Shown here in pieces: positions 56,992 through 64,000 of a stretch of DNA of 64,000 nucleotides. A program made the translations under genes and the position numbers. This stretch comes from Lama glama. Lineage: Eukaryota. Location of the stretch: positions 60,140,001 to 60,204,000 of the forward strand of contig CM052823.1 of NCBI GenBank assembly GCA_028534125.1, read 5' to 3'. The notes below the pieces were generated by a model. The model searched no databases and had not been told where the DNA came from. It saw only the letters and a list, made by a program, of their open reading frames with translations. The stretch's first letter is position 1, and each line of letters opens with the position of its first letter.

Positions 56992-59944
56992 TTACTGACT
57001 TGGTTGTGGCTTCTGCAGTAGAGCCCCTTTCGGTTTAAGAGCATTCTTCTGCTTCCTTTCTTCTTCCTGCAACTTCTCCTGCTGCCTGCGCTGCCATGCC
57101 TGTAATCCAGCATCCATTTCCTGTGACAGCAGTACAACTCGTCTCTGAAACAGACAGGAAAACAGTGTGGATAACATCTGGGGCTTGGGCGCTGCACCAT
57201 ATATCCTTTCATTCACAGATCAAAGCCAGAGGTTTCAGCTGGAAAATGACACTGTTGACTGGGGAAGAGGTGGGACCAGGTCCGGGGCTAGGAAGCGGGA
57301 GGAAGGCAGCAAAATGTGTGTCTACTCCTGGTTCCTGCCCTAGGAGTGCCACGCTCTATCCTCCCTTCTCACAGGACTGTTAAAACCTTTGCCTGGGAGC
57401 GAGGGGTATGCATTAGTTCAGGTGCCAACATAGCTCAAGACAAATTACGATTTAATTTTCTCCCCCTAATTATACACAGGTTGCCCTGGGTGAGGCTCTA
57501 GCCACTCACTGCAAACTTTTCCCTTTGGGCTTTCCTTCGAAGCTGGCCTTTCATTGGAGGAGCGGGGCGGCCATCTGCACATAGAAATGAGAGAAAAGGC
57601 AAGTGTTAGAGAGGGCCTGCAGTGTCCTGGGAAAGCGGCTTCCATTTCACACTTACTGTAGCTTAATTTAGAATACTTCCCTCATCTTCAAAGGTGAGGT
57701 ATGCCAGAACCACCAAGAATAAGCCCCTAGGTATGTTCCTACTCTATTTTACTTGTCCCTCATTAGCCCGGAATTCCAGGTCCTTTGCAATGCTGAATCG
57801 CCTGTATTATCTTCAGAAACCCTCCACTCAAGCAATCTGATTACTGTTCTGCTCACCAGTAAGCCCTTGCTAAATTCCATCTCACTCCATAATGAAACAC
57901 CCTCTTTTCCTTTCCTTCCAGCCAAATTCTCATCCTTAGGCCCACCTCAAGGCCTGTCCCAGAAATTCTTCTCTAACCTCTTAACTGTCAGTTCTCTTTT
58001 CTGAAAGAAGCACATATCCATCATTTACTATTCGTCTATTTGCTTTGGGACATTTATTGTACTGTTGGTTGTTTTTAGCCATATTTAGCCACCTCAAATC
58101 CTTCTGGAAAGGGGCAGAGCACTGAATTATTATTTTATTTTTAAAAATGTCCATGCTTTGTTTTTCCAGCTAGACTTTAAGTTCTTTGGGATCAGGGACT
58201 GTATCCCTTGCTTTCACTGTTGTGCAGTGTAGACACATAACAAAAATTCAATAAATATCTGCTGACTAGCTGAAAAGATGCAGTACCTGACCTAAAGTAG
58301 TTTATAATGGAGACAAAAAGAACACTTACTTTCTACAAAGAAAGAAAAAAACCCCCAAAAAACAAAAAAACAAAAAAAAGAGGGAAAACTCTGCCCCAAA
58401 TTTTGAAAGCAAGACAAAATAAGATTACTTATCAGGAAAGGGAACCAATACTGTGTGTATCAGGGGCTTTACACTGGTCATTTCATTTTATCCTTACAAG
58501 AACCAAACAAGATAGGTATTGTTCTTTTACAAATGTGGAAACTAAGAGATACAATTAAGGAACTTGTCCAAGACCACAAAGTTAGCAAGTAGGGAAGCCT
58601 AGATTAAGAATCAATTCCAGAGTCTTTCCACTATTTCTGTACTACTTCAAGGAGAATCAAGGCTTCCTACAGGAAGTAACAAGTAGAAAAAAATCTTCAC
58701 CATCCTCCTCAGCCACCAAGTATCTGATTAAGCAGGGTCATACTCATAGAATCTAATACTGGGGGAGGTATAGATCAATGGCAGAGTGCACGCCTAGCAT
58801 GTATGAGGTCCTGGGTTCAATCCCCAGTATCTCCATTAAATAAATAAACAAACAAATAAATAATGTAACGCACCCCCCACCCCACCCCGGCAAAGAAAGA
58901 ATCCAACATTCAGGTCTCTGTGTTGTTGAGGGTGGCTTGGACTCTGCTCAATTCTAGTCTTGGCTTTGCCATTACCTAGCTGTGTGCTCCCAGGCAATTC
59001 ACTTCTGTAGGCCTCAATTTTCCCATCTGTGAACCCGAGTCCCATTGTTGTGAGGCGTGGCTTCAAGTTTTCTAATATCTTTCCTTTCTAGGGGGAACAT
59101 TTTCTGTTTTTTTCCCCCTTTTTTCTTTTTTTTTAAAGTAGAGGAAGAGACTTTTCTGAAGGGAGGCCGCCATCCTCAGTACTCACTCTTCTATGCCTCT
59201 CTCTGAGACGCTCATTTAGGCAGCCTTTCGAAGAGCTCTCCCTGCGCTTAGCAACAAAATCTCAACGATGTACTTACTTACCATAAAGTAGGGTGGTTCT
59301 CCCTAACTTAAAAAAACCCCAACGTCTCTCTTCGAGAAACGTAAAGTCTTGTCCCTCCCAGGACACCCCAAATGAGGATTATCTTCTGCGTATCCCCACA
59401 AGCCAAGAAGATCCTGTCTAGCTTTACTTTCCATAGGCGTAGTTTAATTTACAAAATAAACAACAGGATTTCTTCCTCCCAACTCCAAATATACAGTTCA
59501 ACACGTTGTCCACTCAGACACACCCCCACCATGACACCATCCCCCTACTCCGTCCAGGGGCGTTCCCTCTAGGTGAAAATCTCCGAAGTTAACTGTCAGA
59601 TCAGCGCTCACCCGCGTAAGACCAGTCTGGGAGTTCCGTAAGGGGCCCGTAGCCGGAGGGGTTGGCGGCAAGGCCCTGCCTGGACGGAGAAAAAGTCTGG
59701 TGAGGATTCAGCCCAGCTTCTGACCACCCAAATCCCCCCAGACCGGCACTCACTGGAGTCGCCACTGGCCGCCAGCCCGAGCCGCGGCGCCGCAATGCAG
59801 CCTCCGAACTCCTGCTGCGAAAACAGGGCAGAGTTGGGAAAGAGGCCGTGCCGCCAGCTCAGGGGTCCCGGGCGAGCCCCCCACGAGCTCCCTACGCCGA
59901 CCCTACACCCACTTACCGGAGAGGAATATACCCAAAGCTTCCAT
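56992..59944 (-). CDS. MRPL52: Mitochondrial ribosomal protein L52 (mL52), 124 aa
   Basis: Exons 59944-59917, 59814-59754, 59679-59612, 57574-57510, 57144-56992; 375 nt in frame. [17 protein letters not shown]...[37 protein letters not shown]...[17 protein letters not shown]...PSQ*. Confidence 0.95.
58761..58897 (+). mobile_element. Camelid tRNA-derived SINE (Vic-1-like) in MRPL52 intron 3
   Basis: gggggaggtatagatcaatggcagag...ctgggttcaatccccagtatctccattaaataaa. TSD agaatctaatact / agaatccaacatt. Confidence 0.85.
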
Positions 59945-60230
59945 GCTGAGGCGGAGAAGCCGGAAGTGGGCGTGGCCTTTAGGGCCACGCGCGACGCTGC
60001 GGGGGAAGCCGGAAGCTGCCATCTTGAATGTAATTTTCAATCAGGGGCCCCGCCATCTTGGCTTGTCGTACGGAATAGACGGACAAAACTGCTTACCGGG
60101 TTTTTTTGGGCGAGGACGGTTGTTCAGCGTTTGCATGTTCATTGGTCCTTACAACCTGGGTGGAAGTCGCGTCCTCCCAGACTAAACTGTTTTAAACGGT
60201 CTCCCCCTCTCTCTTCCGGATCACCCCGCA
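59600..60230. promoter_or_regulatory. MRPL52: MRPL52 CpG-island promoter (ETS/GABP, YY1, SP/KLF), possibly bidirectional
   Basis: CCGGAAGTG at 59960, CCGGAAG at 60009, GCCATCTTG at 60018 and 60052, GGGCGTGGC at about 59968. This is typical of nuclear-encoded mitochondrial genes. Confidence 0.8.
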
Positions 60231-60792
60231 CTGGTCTCTAGTCCTTTTAAATTTATTTCTAACTTTTATCTCAGTTGAGTAACATCCACGTGACCTCATT
60301 CTGTCTTCTGGCATCACTGTAATTTTTTTTTTTTTTTACCAGCCTGAGTCAAATCTAGAGTGAATTAGAATATTTGGATTTCAGTTCTCACACTGATGTA
60401 TCTACCAAAATTGAAGAGCTTATATGTGACAAGCACTGTATTCTGTGCAGGAGGTTCTGTGGAGACAAAGTAGACAGCAATTAGGATAGAGCTCCCAATC
60501 TAAAGAGATATGACAATAATCAAATAATCACATACATTACTGTAATAATAATACAGCTGGGAAGGGAAGTAGGGGTTGTTTGGGAGCATATAATAGGAAC
60601 TTGATCTGGAATAGGCCGTCAAAGAAGGCCTTCCTGAGGAAGAGATATTGGAGTTAAGATCACATTCCATTTTTATAAGAGCTATCACCATACATTGTCT
60701 ACTATAACCCTTGCAAAAACTTTGTGAGGTAGGTACTAGTCAGTGGCAAACCCAGATCCATGGCTGTTTCCCTCTTTTTTTTTAATCACTCA

Positions 60793-61242
60793 CAGACATA
60801 CTTTGTTTAATTGCACTTTGCAGGTACGGCATTTTTTACAAATTGAAGGTTTGTAGCAACCTTACACGGAGGAAGTTTATCAGTGCCAATTTTTTAAGCA
60901 GCATTTGCTCACTTGGTTTCTCTGTCACACTTTGATAATTCTCAAAATATTTCAAGCTTTGGCAATATTATTGNNNNNNNNNNNNNNNNNNNNNNNNNNN
61001 NNNNNNNNNNNNNNNNNNNNNNNNNNNNNNNNNNNNNNNNNNNNNNNNNNNNNNNNNNNNNNNNNNNNNNNNNNNNNNNNNNNNNNNNNNNNNNNNNNNN
61101 NNNNNNNNNNNNNNNNNNNNNNNNNNNNNNNNNNNNNNNNNNNNNNNNNNNNNNNNNNNNNNNNNNAGGCTTACTTTATTGCAGTATTTACTTTATTGCA
61201 GTGGTCTGGAACCCAACCTGCAGTATCTCCGAGGTATGCCTG
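60793..61242 (+). mobile_element. Internally deleted Tigger1-like Tc1/mariner DNA transposon
   Basis: TIRs cagacatac... / ...gaggtatgcctg followed by TA. Tigger1-type ttttttacaaattgaaggtttgtagcaacc and ctttattgcagtggtctggaacc. Confidence 0.8.
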
Positions 61243-61299
61243 TACTTGCTTTGGGGAAGTAATTTATCCAAAATTTCTTTATTTTTCTTTAATTTTAAA

Positions 61300-61440
61300 T
61301 TTTAATTTTTTTCAGTTTTTTGGGGGGGAGGGGAGGTAGTTTTATTTATTTATTTGTTTATGAGCCTGTACTGGGGATTGAACCCAGGACCCCGTGCATG
61401 CTAAACATGCGCTCTACTACTTGAGCTATACCCTCGCCCC
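61300..61440 (-). mobile_element. Camelid tRNA-derived SINE (Vic-1-like)
   Basis: gtactggggattgaacccaggac...ttgagctataccctc with a tttatttat tail. Confidence 0.85.
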
Positions 61441-63674
61441 TTATCCTTAATTTCTTCATTAAAAAAAAAGCTTAGTATATCACATTTATGAAAACATTTC
61501 AAGAATGATAAGGTAAGTGAAAGTGTTTTATATGAAGCTCCTACAAAAGTAGCCATTACTGTGTGCCAGGCTAGACACTTAAACATATGCTGACTGGGGG
61601 AACCTGAGGGAGGCGTGTAATGGCCTATCTGGAAGTTTATCATTTCCTTCGGCAAGTTTTTCCACAGGAGGTGGCTCTGAGCTGTGCTTTGAAAGAGGGG
61701 AAGGGTGGATCCTGGTTTAAGAAGTAAAAGCAGCTGTTTCGAAAACAATAAGAATGGTACAGGCAAGGGCTGAAATAGAAGGGATGAGAATAAGAGTCTT
61801 GGCTATAAGCCAACAGATGGACCCAAAAAACTAAGCAAGGGAAGTAAGACCGAAAGAGTACTATTACCATTTTACACTTGTACACTTAATTTCCACTTAT
61901 CAAAACACTTCTGTATAAATGATACAAAACACTTCTGTATAAATTTTCATAATAAACCTGTAAAGTAGGTAAGACAGTCCAGGAAGCAATCACTGTACAG
62001 ATTGCTTGCAGTTTTCAGAGATCAGGACATTGAATCAAAATATAGCTGTGGATTTATTACTTTACAGTTGCAATAACAACTGAGTGACACTTTTCCCAAG
62101 GGAGGCTCCGTGTGCCTTTGGCTGGTTCTGAGATAGACAGCTAAAGTAGACAGCACTGCAATCCCGTTACATAATTTACAGTTGGAGGATCAAGAAGTAA
62201 AAGCCAAGGGCTGGAAAAATAACCTCATTGTCAACATTCAAGATTGACAGCAAAGATGACAGGCTGGCACTACCACCACCACTACATAGAGGAGTTAAGC
62301 CAGCAACTCTCCTGTCTTCTAGTAGCTCACACACTGTGGGAGCAAAATCATAAAAAAGGCCACTTGCATTAAGGTGAACTAGTTATGTGGACAATGTGAA
62401 CTCCACACGCAGAAGTGAACACATGCACTAATTTAATAGCTGTGGGAGTCAAGGAGCCAGAGCTGGGGGACTTTGAGGCAGGATGGGAAGCTTGATCTGG
62501 AACACTGGGAAATCTGGGAGGGGAAAGGTCTTTGGAAGGAAGACAAGTTCAGCCTTTGACGTGGTTAGAGTGATGTGGCAGGGGGACAATCCAAGGGTCG
62601 TAAATAGCAGGAAATACGGGTTAGGGTTTTGAGAGGGAGAGAGAAAGAGAACACTAGTGCTGACAGCTAACATCATCAGCATTCTCAGGGACCTCATGGA
62701 ACACTGTTGTGGGGGAGGGGGTCTGGCACTTGGACAGCCCTCCTCAATGACTTCATCAGATTCTGAGCCACAGGAAAGTGGCCTCATAATCTCCTAACTA
62801 AATGTCTTTCAGTCTCTGGACTGCATCTGGCAAAGGCTGGAGTTAAGAACGGTGGGAAGCATCAGGAATCTGAGCTTCATGTCTTTTCCCTCTTACTTAA
62901 ACTCTTTTGCCTCTCAAGGGCATCGTGGCCTGTATTTGGCTTTAACGTTTTGTTAGTCACTCATGTTTGGGTCCAACATATTTATTCAAATACCCTTCTG
63001 TTAGGTCTGTATATAGTAATTTTTGTACAAGTGCACTGGGAAATTTATGCTTTTTAAACTGTTGTGGTGAATAATGATGAGGTTGGAGAAACAACGTTAG
63101 TGAAACTGACTCTGGGTAGCTAATTCTACCTCATTTTGCAACCTTTCCCCCTTTTTGCATATTTTGAATAAACTTTAAGACTGAAGTAGAGCAAACTATT
63201 TGGGAAGTGTCTTCTTTCACATTCCTTCATTACTTTCCACCTTAGGATAGCTCACTGATCAAGTGACTGTCACCTCAAATCACTGTCACTCCATGCAAGA
63301 ACTGTGGGAACTGACCACTATAAACCACCCACTCACACGATACATTGCTTTGGATATTATTTCCTTATTACTTGCATCATTTATTGTAACATATTCCTTT
63401 TCTTTTCCCATGGCTGTCAAATCCCTGCTCAATCAGTACAGGTTAAATTCTGTGTTAAATGACCCAGCTTCAAGATGGGTAAATTATGACCTCAGGCTAT
63501 ACTCTTTTCTTGTCTGGCAGCTGGGAAGTCTCTTAAACTGTGTGCCTTTCCACCAGACTGGTCTTGAAGGTGGGTGGTTCTTTGTGAATCTCTGCAGAGT
63601 GGCTTTAAAAGATGCCAAAGGTGGACTGTTCATAAGGTATACAAAAGGAAATTGTATTACAAATCATCTTTTAG

Positions 63675-63749
63675 TTTTTTTTTAAATTGAAGTATAGTCA
63701 GTTTACAATGTGTCAATTTCTGGTGTACAGCATAATAGTTCAGTCATCT
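63675..63749 (-). mobile_element. Extremely 5'-truncated lineage-specific L1 3' end with target-site duplication
   Basis: tttttttttaaattgaagtatagtcagtttacaatgtgtcaatttctggtgtacagca, flanked by tcttttagtttt at 63667-63678 and 63750-63761. An L1-EN site TTTT/AA lies at the right flank. Confidence 0.75.
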
Positions 63750-64000
63750 TCTTTTAGTTTTAAAATGTGGTGAAACATTTCCAGATCCCTTTTGAATTAG
63801 CTCAGCAACGCTCTCTTTTGTTGGGCCCAAGCTGCCACTAAGATTCTTCAGATGGAAGGTGCTTTGGGGACTCCAGCCTCCCGGGCACCCTCAGCCTGGA
63901 CATTTTTGGTTAAGTGCTGCCTCCTGGCGGCGGCTCTACTGCACGACAGCTTCCTGGCCCGGTGGAGACCACTTTCTTTAATTTGGCTTTCGAAGCTGAT

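Noticed and set aside
61901-61944. 20-bp direct repeat caaaacacttctgtataaat x2 (also ctatattaagtagc x2 at 1529-1558)
   Set aside because: These are simple local slippage duplications with no array or spacer structure, and are not CRISPR-like.
60230-64000. SLC7A7 exons expected from synteny
   Set aside because: No y+LAT1 coding sequence is recognisable, and non-coding first exons cannot be supported from sequence alone.

Overview
Mammalian genomic DNA, very probably from a camelid given four copies of a tRNA-derived Vic-1-type SINE. It is syntenic with human 14q11.2 in reversed orientation. Genes from left to right: the 3' end of PRMT5 (+), complete RBM23 (+, 14 exons, 448 aa), REM2 (-, 5 exons, about 343 aa), LRP10 (-, 7 exons, 712 aa), MMP14 (-, 10 exons, 581 aa, with one GC-AG intron) and MRPL52 (-, 5 exons, 124 aa). 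Repeat-rich sequence follows, towards where SLC7A7 is expected by synteny; no SLC7A7 coding sequence is visible. Exon structures were rebuilt by hand from splice sites and reading frame, and each complete gene sums to an intact ORF. Most ORFs in the supplied track are spurious. There is no prokaryote-type system here. The best candidates for undescribed biology are cis-regulatory: (i) RBM23 intron 10 carries a candidate alternative terminal exon with an intronic AATAAA, followed by a four-way-junction RNA structure that buries a stop-introducing 3' splice site; (ii) the REM2 3' end has a cluster of CTTTAA-N5/7-TTAAAG hairpins and a tandem pair of palindromic X-boxes; (iii) the RBM23 promoter has a triplicated CCAAT + X-box module; (iv) an in-frame upstream ATG would add a presequence-like extension to MRPL52; (v) LRP10 has a strong-Kozak uORF. 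Comparisons with human orthologues are from memory, not from a database search.
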